Origin: Chiloscyllium plagiosum | Taxonomy: Eukaryota | NCBI RefSeq assembly: GCF_004010195.1 | Contig: NC_057753.1 | Coordinates: 11,674,509-11,719,767 of the forward strand | Direction of reading: 5' to 3' | DNA: 45,259 bases | Shown: one piece after another, positions 33,301-44,985 of the stretch | How positions within the stretch are numbered: the stretch's first letter is position 1 | How the letters are laid out: each line of letters starts with the position of its first letter | Made by a program: the position numbers and the translations under genes | Notes under the pieces: generated by a model | What the model was told of the DNA's origin: nothing | What the model saw: the letters and a program-made list of their open reading frames with translations, nothing else | The model's database searches: none

Positions 33301-33399
33301 CAGAGGTGGGGAGTGGGGAGAGAGAGGACTATCTTCTGTGTTCATCCCAGTTTTTACTCCACCACCATCCCAGCGACCCATAAGCCTGAATGCAACCCA

Positions 33400-33461
33400 T
33401 CTCTCTCTCGCGCTCTCATTCTCTCGCTCTCTCGTTCTCTCACTCTCTCTCTCGCTCTTAT

Positions 33462-33500
<39 letters not shown>

Positions 33501-33750
33501 CTCTCTCTCTCTCTCTCGTTCTCTCTCTCTCTCGTTCTCTCTCTCTCTCACTGTCTCTCTTTCGCTCTCAGTCTGTCTCTTTCTCTCTCATTCTCTCTCC
33601 CTGTCTCTCTGTCTCTCTCTCTGTCTTGTTCTCTCTCGTTCTATCACGTTCTCTCTCTCTCTCACTTGTGTTCTCTCTCTCGCTCGTGTTTTCTCTCTCT
33701 CTCGTTCTGTCCCTCTCTCGTTCTCTCTCTCTGTCTCGTTCTCACTCTCT
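33400..33750. repeat. (CT)n-rich simple repeat
   Basis: Directly visible. Confidence 0.95.
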
Positions 33751-34327
33751 GCCTTGCCCACCTTGAAGAGCAGCTGCCTGCTTCAAGCACGTCGCACGTG
33801 GCACGGTGTGGCGTCAGCCGCACTTATTACCTCCCATAACCGACGTCACCGGGACCGTTGGCGCACTCGCGCATTCAGCCACCCTGGAGCTGCAGTGTTT
33901 TTTTTAAAGTACTGTGGAGACAGTGAGGCCGAAGGGTGGGGGGATAACATGTTGCCGGACTCCCCGAGTGACCTCTGCACGTGAGCGGGAGCCGACGTTG
34001 GCTTGAAGTCTATGGGTGCATGATGACGGCGATCTATCCAGCAAAGGTACGGCAGGACAGCTCAGACCCGTGGAAGCCTCATCCTGTTCCATGAGGGAAA
34101 ATCCGGATGCTTCCCATGTGCTAGACAAACGCCATCAACTGGAGCAACGGGAAGCAAAAGAGAGACCGCTTCCAGCCATGCCGTGGAGAACCACAAAATC
34201 CTTTGATTTCCGTGGGGATGTATATCGGTCACTTACACGTTAATGCGTTATTTCTTATATAACAGGTATTAGCAAAGGTTTTGCAGCATCTATGACTGAA
34301 TTTTAAAAAATGTATAATTTTGACATT

Positions 34328-34980
34328 ATAGAAGTTTATAAGATCATGATGGGGCATGGATACCTCAGATTACGACGTGACCTTGTTCAGATGTGCCAAG
34401 GAGTGGCAGATGGAGTTTAATTCAGATAAATGCGAGGTGCTGCATTTTGGGAAAGCAATTCCTAGCAGGACGTATACACTTAATGGTAAGGTCCTGGGGA
34501 GTGTTGCTGAACAGAGAGACCTTGGAGTGCAGGTTCATAGCTCCTTGAAAGTGGAGTCGCAGGTCGATAGGATAGTGAAGGAGGCGTTTGGTATGCTTTC
34601 CTTTATTGGTCAGAGTATTGAGTACAGGAGTTGGGAGGTCATGTTGCGGCTGTACAGGACATTGGTTAGGCCGCTGTTGGAATACTGCATGCAATTCTGG
34701 TCTCCTTCCTATCAAAAAGATGTTGTGAAACTAAAAAGGGTTCAGAGAAGATTTACAAGGATGTTGCCAGGGTTGGAGGGTTTGAGCTACAAGGAGAAGT
34801 TGATTAGGCTGGGGCTGTTTTCCCTGGAGTGTTGAAGGTTGAGGTTTATAAACCTTATAGAGGTTTATAAAATCATGAGGGGCATGGATAGGATACAGGT
34901 GGGACTAGATTGGGTTGGGATATCTGGACGGGTTGGACCGAAGGGTCTGTTTCCATGCTGTACATCTCGAGGACTTCTAT
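34328..34980 (+). mobile_element. CR1 LINE fragment
   Basis: AKEWQMEFNSDKCEVLHFGK...LYRTLVRPLLEYCMQFWSPSYQKDVVKLKRVQRRFTRMLPGLEGLSY. Confidence 0.92.
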
Positions 34981-35654
34981 GTCGCCAGACCTGCTGAGTC
35001 TGTCCGGCAATTTCTGCTTTAGTTTCGGATTCCCGGGCACCCACAGTTATTTTGTTATAGCTGCAGCATGGCATCCGCGTTTGCAGTAAAGGGTGTGACT
35101 GCAACCAGTGAAGGTGCAGAGAATGTGAGTGGGAGTGCCACGTTTACTTACATGGGGAAATTGAGTAGACTGAGGCTAGAGCAGTGGAGAACGAGGATTG
35201 TGTGTGTGTGTTTGGTCGAAGAGGAATCCACTTCCACGAGCGGAGAAGAGGATGAGGCGGAAACTTAGTGTAATCAGCGGGAGGGATGGGAGGAGGAATG
35301 CGGAAATCACTTCACCCGAGGGGAGGTGGGGACCCAGAATTTTACTGCCTGGTAGATTTATTGATAGCTATTGAAAACCACTTGGACATGAGTCAAGAGA
35401 TGCCATATCTTAGTTAGAATGCGGGCACAAACACGATGGGGCAAATGGCCTCCTGTGTGACAGCTGTACGGTGTTATTATTCTGACAGCTGGAGTTTTCG
35501 CTGCAGATGTTAGCGACCTCCCAGACTTGGACCAGAGTTGAGTATTCTGGATGGATGTGAAATAAATTGGCTTTGCGCTCCACGGACTGTCCTGCATTTT
35601 TGTCTTTTTCCGACCAGTGTGTTTAATTTAGAATCGTACAACACTGAGTCGTCG

Positions 35655-36315
35655 AATCCCTAGAGTATGGAAGCGGGCCACTCAGACCATTGAGTCTACA
35701 CTGACCCTCTGAACAGCATCCCACCCTATGCCTGTAAATCTGCATTTCCCACGGCTAACCCACCTAAGCCTGCATGCTATGGGACAATTTAGCACGGTCA
35801 ATCCACCCGAACCTGCACATCCCTGGGCACTATGGGTAATTTAGCACGGTCAATCCACCTTAACCTGCACATACCTGGTCACTATGGTAATTTAGCACAG
35901 CCAATCCACCCTAACCTGCACATCCCTGGGCACTATGGGTAATTTAGCACGGCCAATCCACCCTAACCAACACATCCCTGGGCACTATGGGTAATTTAGC
36001 ACGGCCAATCCACCCTAACCTGCACATCCCTGGGCACTATGGGTAATTTAGCACGGCCAATCCACTCTAACCTGCACATACCTGGGCACTGTGGGTAATT
36101 TAGCACGGCCAATCCACCCTAACCTACACCTCCCTGGGCACTATGGGTAATTTAGCACGGCCAATCCACCCTAACCTACACATCTTTTGACTGTGGAAGG
36201 AAACTGGAGTACCAGGAGGAAACCCATGCAGACACAGGGAGAACGTACAGTCGCCTGAGGGTGGAATCGAACCCAGGCCCCTGGCGCTGTGATGCAGTGG
36301 TGCTAACCATTGGGC
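35655..36315 (-). mobile_element. HE1-like SINE with an internal ~52-bp tandem expansion (~35750-36185)
   Basis: Same expanded unit as 31875-32550, ~8 copies. Confidence 0.85.
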
Positions 36316-36344
36316 CATTATTCCACTCCTCTGAAAAATATCTT

Positions 36345-36670
36345 TTAAGTGGAACCAGGTAAACAGACCCTTCGACCCAACCAGTCTGTGCCGCCCCTAA
36401 TCCCAAATTAAACTAGTCCCACCTGCCTGCATCTGGCTGATTTCCTATACGTGTGCTTATCCAAATGTCTTTCAAATGTTTTAACTGTACCCACATCCAC
36501 CATTTCCTCAGGAAGTCCATTCCACACGCGAACCACTCTGTGTGCAAGAAATTTGTCCCCCCCATGTCTTTTTAAAAATCATTCTCCTCTCAGCTTAAAC
36601 ATTTGCCCCCCCCAGTCTCGAAATCCCCCACCCTCCGGGAAAAGACACCTGGCGTCCATCCTATCCGTAC
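36345..36670 (-). mobile_element. CR1 LINE 3' end fragment
   Basis: Diverged version of the CR1 tail seen elsewhere in the window. Confidence 0.7.
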
Positions 36671-36995
36671 CTCCCGGCTGGAGCTCACCTTGGGCAGCGT
36701 TACAGCAGGAGTGAACTTTAACCTGGACATCGTCCTTTGGGGTCAGACCGAGAGGGGGCAAATCGCTTGGTCTCTCTTCACCTGCAGCGCTGGTGTTCAA
36801 TTTTGAGGCGCTTTAAGAACTGTGATGCTCCCTCACAATTGTGTTCAGAGTCAGGAAGAACGAGGGTGAAACGTGCTGTCAATTCAGAGGCAGATGGGAC
36901 GCGCTGATCGAAAGTTAATCTGGATTAAAAATAGCAGAGCCAAAAGGAGGAACTCTTAAAAGCAGGAACTGTCACACGGTAGATACTTGACCTTC

Positions 36996-37722
36996 AGGTA
37001 AAGAAAGACTGGCACTATGTGTGGTGGAGAACCACCAGAGAGTTCGTTAAGAAGTAGGTCTTTTATTTGGAAACAAAAAACAGAAAGCAGATTCTCGAGT
37101 GCCCACGAACCTCAGCATCCGTGGTTTTTAACATGTTTTTTATCATGTTTCTGTTAACTTATCAGCATGTCCAACTATATTAATCAAAGTACCTCACTCT
37201 AGCCACACAGTAAACCAGTGATGTTAGTTCCCATTATCTCTTTCGTTGTACATTCTACTTAATGTTATTCTAATGTCACGGTTAGATATTTAGTGCTAAC
37301 GTTTGCAACAACAGTCCTTCACTCCAGACCCTACTTAATATTTTCCTAATGTCATGATTAGATATTAGATCCAGTGATCTTCCATTCCAGACTAACCCGT
37401 CACGATTAGATATTTAGCTGTTCCATCTATTACAATCGTCTCCTGTCTCAAGCTGACTCTACTAACTATTCATTAGATACTTCATGTCATGTCCCAAATA
37501 TTTATGGTCCCAATCTTGTGATAATGGCACTTAACACGGAGACTACCTCTAACTGTTATCTCATCTCGCCATAGTGACCTTCCAGCCTCAGCCTTACTCT
37601 GCTAATTGGTGTTACAGCATTCTAATATTCTTACCCCATCCTGCCTTCCACAGACCACAGATTGCCAGTGGCCTTCGTGCTTTAACCCTTCCCATACTTT
37701 CATGCTCTTTATTTTCCATACA
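36996..37722 (-). mobile_element. Putative solo LTR (retroviral or LTR-retrotransposon), 727 bp
   Basis: Flanked by CCTTC direct repeats (36991-36995, 37723-37727). The minus strand begins TGTATGG and carries AATAAA ~70 bp from its 3' end (plus TTTATT at 37062-37067). Internal enhancer-like repeats (GTCAC/TG.TTAGATATT x3). The 3' end is CCT rather than the canonical CA. Confidence 0.6.
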
Positions 37723-38107
37723 CCTTCGTGCTCCCCCGTTTTATCGACGTGTGTGAATAAAACACAAGGGTGAATACAAACACCTTGAATGAGGCACGCG
37801 TTGCAATGTGATGCCGAAAGTCACCCTGGCACACTGCCATCGTCAAACCCCTGACGACTGAAGGTTGTTGGCTTAAGGAGCAGTAAGAGAGCTGGCCTTC
37901 AAACATCCCACTCGTAAAGGAGGGTATAAGGTGTGAGAGCATCCGAAGGCCCCCCCCCCCTCCGTCACTGAATGAGATCGTGGCTGATCTGATCTTCTTC
38001 AACGCTCATCTTTCTGCCTTTTCCCCTTGATTTCTTTCCCGAGTCAAAATCTGGTGGGGGGGGGGGTTCTCTGTTGATTCAGGAATCAGCGAGAGGGTTG
38101 GCCGATG

Positions 38108-38418
38108 ATTAGATTCCCTACGGTGTGGAAACAGGCCCTTCGGCCCAACAAGTCCACACCGACCCTCCAAAGTGCAACCCACCCATTCCCCTCCCTTTAC
38201 CCATGACTAATCCACCTAACACTACGGGCAATTTAGCATGGCCAATTCACCTGACCTGCACATCTTTGGACTGTGGGAGGAAACCGGAGCACCCGGAGGA
38301 AACCCACGCAGACACGGGGAGAATGTGCAAACTCCACACAGACAGTTGCCCGAGCTGGGAATCGAACCCGGGTCCCTGGCGCTGTGAGGCAGCAGTGCTA
38401 ACCACTGTACCACCCCAC
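38108..38418 (-). mobile_element. HE1/V-SINE-like SINE, full length
   Basis: Complete head, core and tail on the minus strand. Confidence 0.9.
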
Positions 38419-39689
38419 GGATTGAGGACAGATTGAGTCGACCATGACTATATTCATTGAAATTTAGAAGGATGAGATGGGGGGATCTTATAGAAACATA
38501 TTAATTTATGAAGAGAATAGACAGAAAATAGGTGCAGGAGTGGGCCATTGGGCCCTTTGAACGTGCATCCCATTCAATATGATCGTATAATCTCCCATTC
38601 CAACCCTCTCCCCATAATCGTTGATGCCTTTAGCTCCCGTCCAGCTCCATCCTGAATGTATTCAATGAACTGGCCCCAACAGCTTTCTGTGGATGACAAT
38701 TCCAAACACAACCATCTTCCAATGTGCCAGGTATGACTCCAATCAGCAGAGTGTTTGCCCCCCAATACTCATTGGTTCCAGTTTTGCCAGGGCTCCTCAG
38801 TGCCACACTCGGTCAAATGCGGCCTAGATGTCAAGGGCTGTCACTCTCACCTCACCTAAGGGATTCAGCTCTTTTGTCCATGTTGTTCAATAGGGTGTTT
38901 GTTAGTTCACAGATGCCTTGTGTATACTGTCGTTAACACGCTTATAGGCCCCCTTTTTCAATACCTTACATCAGTCTTGCATCTAAGTGACAGGTTTGCT
39001 GCTATTCCAAGGAATCTGTTCAGATATACTATTTGTCTGACATTAAATCCTCCTGGAGGAATGGACTCATCCAAACCTTCCCATCACTATTTGACCCTGA
39101 GATGTTGCTGGCCTTCCTGAACCACTGTAGTGCACTTGAAGTAAGTAAAGCCCCCAATGCCAGCGGAGAGACCCAGCGACACTGAAGAAACGACCGATAC
39201 GTTTCCAAGTCTGGCTCGGAGGGATGGTTGCAGAGGGGTGGTGTTCCCATCTGGACGGTGGAAACCGAGGGTTTGAAAGGTGCTGCCCAAGGAGCCTTGC
39301 TGGGTTTCTGCAGGGCGCCTTGTCGGTGGCACTCTGCGCTACGACTGAGCATTGGTGGCGGTGGCGCCAGGCCGCTGGCCCGCTTTGCACTGAGGGACGT
39401 GAAGCCTCTTGCGTGTTGTTTTAAAAAGTGGCTCAAAGTAAGACGTCCAAGTGCAGATAAAAATGCCGGCTTGGGCCAATAAATGGTTAAGTAACATTCA
39501 TGCCACACAAATGGCCAGGCAATGACCATCTCCAGTAAGAATTTGGATGAATACAATGTATTGCATTTTGGCAAAACAAATAGGGTCAGAACTTGCACAA
39601 TGGGTGGTAGGGGGCCTATTGAATTAGGGGGCTTGTCTGTCACCCTCTTTCCTTCTGGAGGACAACAGCATTATTCACCTGGGTTGGTT

Positions 39690-40120
39690 GGAGGACCAGC
39701 TCGGTCCTCCCGCCCCGCCTCTTACTGACTCCGTTGGGACGGAGGACATGTCGGTCTTCCAGCCACGCCTCCTCATTGATTCCGATTGGACGGAGGATTC
39801 ACCTGCCTGCAGACCACGCCCCCTCATTGACTCCGATTGGACAGAGGGCGGGTCTGCCTGCCAGCCAGCCGCGCCCCCTCATTGACTCCGATTGGGCAGA
39901 GGGCGGGCCTGCCTGCCGACCGCGCCCCCTCATTGACTCCGATTGGGCAGAGGGCGGGCCTGCCTGCCAGCCGCGGCCGCCTCATTGACTCCGATTGGAC
40001 GGAGGACGCATCGGCCGTCCAGCCCCACCCCTGCCTGCGTCGGCCCCGATTGGTCGGGCGATCCCGTTGGTCTTCCAGCCCCGCCCCCCCCCACTGTCCC
40101 TGGCTCCGATTCGACGGTCC
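39690..40120 (+). repeat. Promoter minisatellite of 51-55-bp units, each with a CCAAT box (ATTGG) and GC boxes
   Basis: Unit CGCCCCTCATTGACTCCGATTGG(A/G)CAGAGGGCGGG. ATTGG at 39785, 39836, 39891, 39942, 39994 and 40049. Confidence 0.9.
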
Positions 40121-40640
40121 TCCAGCCCCGCCCTCAAGCTTCCCACCGTCAGCCGCGCCGCGCCGCGAGGCCGGGCATGCGCGCTGCCCCTCACCAGCTC
40201 GAGGACGACCCGTTGCGACGGGTGAGTACGGCGGGGCAGACCGCGCGGGCGGGCTTCGCAAGTAGCGCCCGTAAGAAACCTGCAAAGGGCGAGGTTACCG
40301 CCCTGCCTTTTGCGGGCCGGCGCGGACTGTTCGGTTCACGCCGCTTCCCTCTTTGCTCTTTGACTTTCTCTGCGCTTTCCGAGCTGAGGTGACGGCCGCC
40401 ATCTTTGGCGGCGGCGGCGGCGGCGGGAGGGGGGTAGCCTGGCGCACGCGCGGCTGGCGCCCTGTCCGACCACGCCCCTCCCCCCACCCACTCACTCACT
40501 CACTCCGATTGGTCGTTGGCGCCGTCGATCTTCTCTCTCCCCCTATTGTCCGCGGCGGCTGTCAACAATGGGGGGGCGTGGCCAGTTGGGGACATGCGCG
40601 GTGTGTGTGTCTGGGTGGTAAGGGGATCACGTGGGTGGAA
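40120..40640 (+). promoter_or_regulatory. CpG island with non-coding exon 1 of the 10-finger gene
   Basis: GCATGCGC at 40175-40182, donor CGG|GTGAGT (GT at 40222), YY1 site GGCCGCCATCTT at 40394-40405, E-box CACGTG at 40628. Confidence 0.75.
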
Positions 40641-40929
40641 GCACAGACCCAGTTGCTGGATGGGCAGCTCCTTCCCTCCCTGCTGGGTTTAGGAGGGGGG
40701 GGGGTAGGTAGGTAGGTGGGTGGGGGAAACGTGCACCTTCCCTAATTGGGGCAGAGTGATTCCGTTCGTTCTTTTGCTGAGTGTAGTCACCGCCGCTAAG
40801 ACCCTGGAATTTGTTAACCGCCCCCAGAGGGCGGCTGAGGGTCGACCAGAGTGACCGTGGCTCCGCAACCACGTGTAGGCCAGGCCGGGTAAGCACAGCA
40901 GATTCCCCACACCCCCCCCCCCCCCTCCC

Positions 40930-41150
40930 CGAAGGGTGCTCATGGTTGACCTTTTCACGCAGTGGATGGTGTGCGCGTGGAATGAGCCGCCAGAGGGAGT
41001 GGTATAATGGCAACGTGTAAAAGGCACCTGGATGGGGACGTGACTAGGAAGGGACGTGGGCCAAACGCGACTAGGTTAATATCGGGTATCTGGCCGGCCC
41101 GGACGAGTTGGACGCGAGGGTGTGTTCCTGTGCCGCTCGTCTCTGACTCG
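40930..41150 (+). mobile_element. Diverged CR1 3' end
   Basis: FFTQ.MV.AWN..PE.VV...ATCKRHLDG remnant followed by a tail. Confidence 0.65.
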
Positions 41151-41186
41151 AGTGGACCTTCGCTTGGCGAATTGCCGTGCTCCAGA

Positions 41187-41510
41187 TAGAATCGTGGGAT
41201 CCTGTCAAGTCTGCACTGACCCTCTGAAGAGCTCCCCACCCACCCCCGTTCCCCCGCCCTGTTCCTGCTTTTCCCACGGCTAATCCACCTACAGTGCGCG
41301 CATCCCCAGTTGCTATGGGACGAATTTAGCAAGGCCAGTCCACCCAACACTTCGTTGGGACTGTGGCAAGAAACCAGAGCACCTGGCAGAAACCCACTCA
41401 GTCAAGGGAAGAAGGTGCATACTCCACAGAGACAGCCACCCAAGGCGGGAATCGGACCCAGGTCCCTGGTGCTGTGAGGCAGCAGTGCTAACGACTGAGC
41501 TACCATGCTG
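41187..41510 (-). mobile_element. HE1-like SINE (diverged)
   Basis: Head and core similar to other copies. Confidence 0.8.
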
Positions 41511-41774
41511 TGTGAATTCAGTTTTGATTCCATGTTGGGATTTTAAACCACATCCTCCGGGTGTTCACCTGGGTCTCTGATTTACTGGTGCAGTAATAGC
41601 ACCATTACACAATCCTTCTTCCTCTAAGTGGTCATCGGAACCCAGTGACCAGGAGAGAAAGTGATCCACCATTAATTTCATTCTCACTCTGCAAACATGG
41701 TCTGGAGAAATGGACTAGAATAGAGTGAGATGAAATAATGTACAAAGTCTTCAGATTTGGCCCAGGCGTGAGAT

Positions 41775-42095
41775 GATTGATTAGATTAGATTCGATTCCC
41801 TACAGTGTGGAACCAGGCCCTTCGGCCCAACAAGTCCACACCGACCCTCCAAAGAGTGGCCCACCCAGACCTATTTCCCTCTGACTAATGCACCGAACAC
41901 TAGGGGCAATTTAGCGTGGCCAATTCACCTTGACCTGCACATCTTTGGACTGTGGGAGGAAACCGGAGCACCCGGAGGAAACCCACACAGACACGGGGAG
42001 AATGTGCAAATTCCACACAGACAGTCACCCGAGGCTGGCATCGAACCTGGGACCCTGGTGCTGTGAGGCTGCAGTGCTAACCACTGAGTCACCGA
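41775..42095 (-). mobile_element. HE1/V-SINE-like SINE, full length
   Basis: (GATTA)n tail, core and head on the minus strand. Confidence 0.9.
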
Positions 42096-42366
42096 TGGAG
42101 AACGTCTTGGGGACAGGGAATCACAGCTTTAGGAGAGCCAAAATGTTCCGTAGGGTCTAGAATTCTCCTCTGAATTTCTGTCCAGCACTTGCAGTGAAAG
42201 GTTTTGTGAACTTATTTTCCAGGTGTTTAGAACACAAGGATTCACAGACGGGAAACTCGGAATCAAGCTGTGCGCCAAGATCGGGACCTCAATATCCTGG
42301 GCCTTTGTGCGTAACATTTGGAAATGTTTGCCCGGTCTGTGTGCGGGGAAACATCTCAAGGAGCCA

Positions 42367-43290
42367 ATGGAGAAACCGTGGAAGTGTGAGGACTGTGGGA
42401 AAGGGTTCAATTACCCATCCCTGCTGGAGAGCCATCGGCGGAGCCACACTGGAGAGAGGCCGTACACCTGCTCCGTGTGTGGGGAAGGGTTCACTCAGTC
42501 GTCTGGCCTCTGGTCGCACCAGCGGATTCACAGCGAGCAGAAGCTGTTCCACTGCGGCGCCTGCGGGAAGGGGTTCCGGCACTCGTCCGCCCTCACCGTG
42601 CACCGGCGCACCCACACCGGCGAGAGGCCGTTCACCTGCTCGGCGTGCGGGAAGGGCTTCTCTCAGTCCTTCCACCTGCAGACCCACCAGCGGGCCCACA
42701 CCGGGGAGAGACCGTTCACCTGCTCCGAGTGCGGGAAGGGATTCGCGCTGTCGTCCCACCTCCTGTCGCACCAGCGGGTCCACACCGAGGAGAAGCCCTT
42801 CGGCTGCGCCGCCTGCGGGAAGCGGTTCCGGCATTCGTCCGCCCTGGGCCTGCACCAGCGCACCCACACCGGCGAGAGGCCGTTCACCTGCTCCGAGTGC
42901 GGGAAGGGCTTCACGGTCCTGCCCACGCTGCTGAGGCACCAGCGGGTCCACACCGAGGAGAAGCCCTTCGGCTGCGCCGCCTGCGGGCAGAGGTTCCGGC
43001 AGCCGTCCAACCTGACGGCGCACCGGCGCACCCACACCGGGGAGAGGCCGTTCGCCTGCCCCGCCTGCGGGAAAGGGTTCACCCGCTCTTCCAACCTCGC
43101 CGCCCACCAGCGGGTCCACACCGGCGAGCGGCCGTTCGCCTGCCCCGTGTGCGGGAAGGCCTTCACCAAGTCTTTCAACCTGCTGACCCACCAGCGGACC
43201 CACGCTCCGGAGCGGCCGTTCGCCTGCCCCCGTGTGCGGGAAGGGATCGGCTCAGCCCCGCCGCCTGGCCAGGCACCAGCAGCTCCCTGA
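42367..43290 (+). CDS. C2H2 zinc-finger protein, 10 intact fingers plus a frameshifted 11th, no KRAB/SCAN/BTB domain
   Basis: MEKPWKCEDCGKGFNYPSLLESHRRSH-TGERP... Acceptor ttgtgaacttattttccag at 42222. The first in-frame ATG is at 42367; the ORF-track start at 42223 is a GTG at the splice junction. Confidence 0.9.
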   Translation: MEKPWKCEDCGKGFNYPSLLESHRRSHTGERPYTCSVCGEGFTQSSGLWSHQRIHSEQKLFHCGACGKGFRHSSALTVHRRTHTGERPFTCSACGKGFSQSFHLQTHQRAHTGERPFTCSECGKGFALSSHLLSHQRVHTEEKPFGCAACGKRFRHSSALGLHQRTHTGERPFTCSECGKGFTVLPTLLRHQRVHTEEKPFGCAACGQRFRQPSNLTAHRRTHTGERPFACPACGKGFTRSSNLAAHQRVHTGERPFACPVCGKAFTKSFNLLTHQRTHAPERPFACPRVREGIGSAPPPGQAPAAP

Positions 43291-44007
43291 GTGACTTGCA
43301 GCTGTTGGTTCCTGCTGGGGCGAGAACGAACCGCTTGCCGTTCACCGTTTTTCCCCCCCGTAACCGGCTGCTTTTCAACGTCCGGGACACGTTGCCGAGT
43401 TTCCGCACTGTGGGGCGCCTCTTCGTGAAAAAGAGTCATCTGTGCTCTTTCCTCCCTACACCAGAACTCTCATCGGGAACCGCATTCGCAGCAACATGAG
43501 GATCCTTGGCTTCGACGTCTCAATTCCCATGCCGACGCTCCCGGGAAATTCTCTCAGACTACTATGAGTTTCCTTTCAGGGATTCCTTCTCCGTCCGCAC
43601 ATTTTCATGTTGTACATTTGTTTCGGGTTCCTCTCTAGTTGGCTAATATGGGACAAATACCAAAGACTGTGTCTAGGTATACGTGAGTAATTGAATCTTT
43701 TCAACTCGGAGTCTATAAGTAAGACCCTTGTTAATTTATTTTAAATACATCTCCGCTATTCCGTTTCCGACGTTATAAACTACCTGGCGTAGGGTCTGAT
43801 GAGTCTCGTGTGTGCAGCGCCTGGTTGGTGGGAAAGGCAGAAGTGAAAGGACATCTCTTGAGCTTGCATTGGGTTGTGCATTAGGTGGGTTAAAAGTTCT
43901 ATTTCCAATAATAAACAAACGTGCTCTCAAAAGGTTTTGCATACCGTCTTTTTACATGTCTGACTGGCTGGTGCCGTACAATATGGTCCCAGCTGATGTT
44001 TTTTTTA

Positions 44008-44490
44008 CAGAGGAACCTCGATTTGGGGCGGCATGTGGCTCAGTGGTTAGCACTGCTGCCTCACAGCACCAGGGACCCAGGTTCAATTCCTGCCTCGGGT
44101 AGCTGTCTGTGTGGAATTTGCATGTTCTTCTCCCCCCCCCCCCCCGTGTCTGCGTGGCTTTCCTCCGGGTACTCCGGTTTCCTCCCACAGTCCAAATATG
44201 TGTAGGTCAGGCGAATTGGCCCTGCTAAATTGCCCACAGTGTCAGGTGCATTAGTCAGGGGTAAATCGAGGGTAAGGAAATGGGTCTGGGTGGGTTACCC
44301 TTCGGAGGGTCGGTGTGGACTTGTTGGGCCGCAGGGCCTGTTTCCATACTGTGCAGAATCTAATCCAAGGACACGGGCGGGGCAGATTATCCAGCATCCA
44401 GATCGAATGCTGGATAATCGAGTGCCGGTTGATGTAGATAGGCAAACATCAGGACCTCGTGACCTTGTCTGGATAATCGAGGTTCCTCTG
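44008..44490. mobile_element. Tc1/mariner-pogo (Tigger-like) MITE interrupted by a SINE
   Basis: TA|CAGAGGAACCTCGATT ... AATCGAGGTTCCTCTG|TA: perfect 16-bp TIRs and a TA target duplication. Confidence 0.85.
44025..44365 (+). mobile_element. HE1/V-SINE-like SINE, full length, nested in the MITE
   Basis: A/B boxes, core and (AATCT)n tail. Confidence 0.9.
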
Positions 44491-44744
44491 TACATGGCAG
44501 TTCAGATTCCAGACTGAAATCCAGCTTGATTGATTGATTGATCATGTTTTGGTTTTGACCAGGTTGTCTCACTGAAATATTATGTGCACACCGTTGTTGC
44601 TTTGCCTTTAACGAGAGAACTAAATTTTATTAAGCAAAATGAATAGCGACAAAGCAGAACTGACCAAACTATTCCCATATGATGCATCTGTTTAAAGCTT
44701 TTGAAACTCACAAATGCAAAACACTTAGATGGTACCAAAGTTGG

Positions 44745-44985
44745 CTTAAGGGCAGGAGACAAGGAGGTTATGCTGCAGCTGTACAGGATGTTGGTGAGGC
44801 CGCACCTGGACTACAGTGTACAGTTCTGGTCTCTTCACTTGAGAAAGGACGTACTGACACTGGAGGGGGGGGGGCACAGGAGGTTCACTGGGTTGATTCC
44901 GGAGTTGAGGGGGTTGGCTTATGAGGAGAGACTGAGTAAACTGGAATTATACTCATTGGAATTTAAAAGAATAATGGGAGGTTAT
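44745..44985 (+). mobile_element. CR1 LINE ORF2 C-terminal fragment
   Basis: KEVMLQLYRMLVRPHLDYSVQFWS...RRFTGLIPELRGLAYEERLSKLELYSLEF. Confidence 0.9.
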
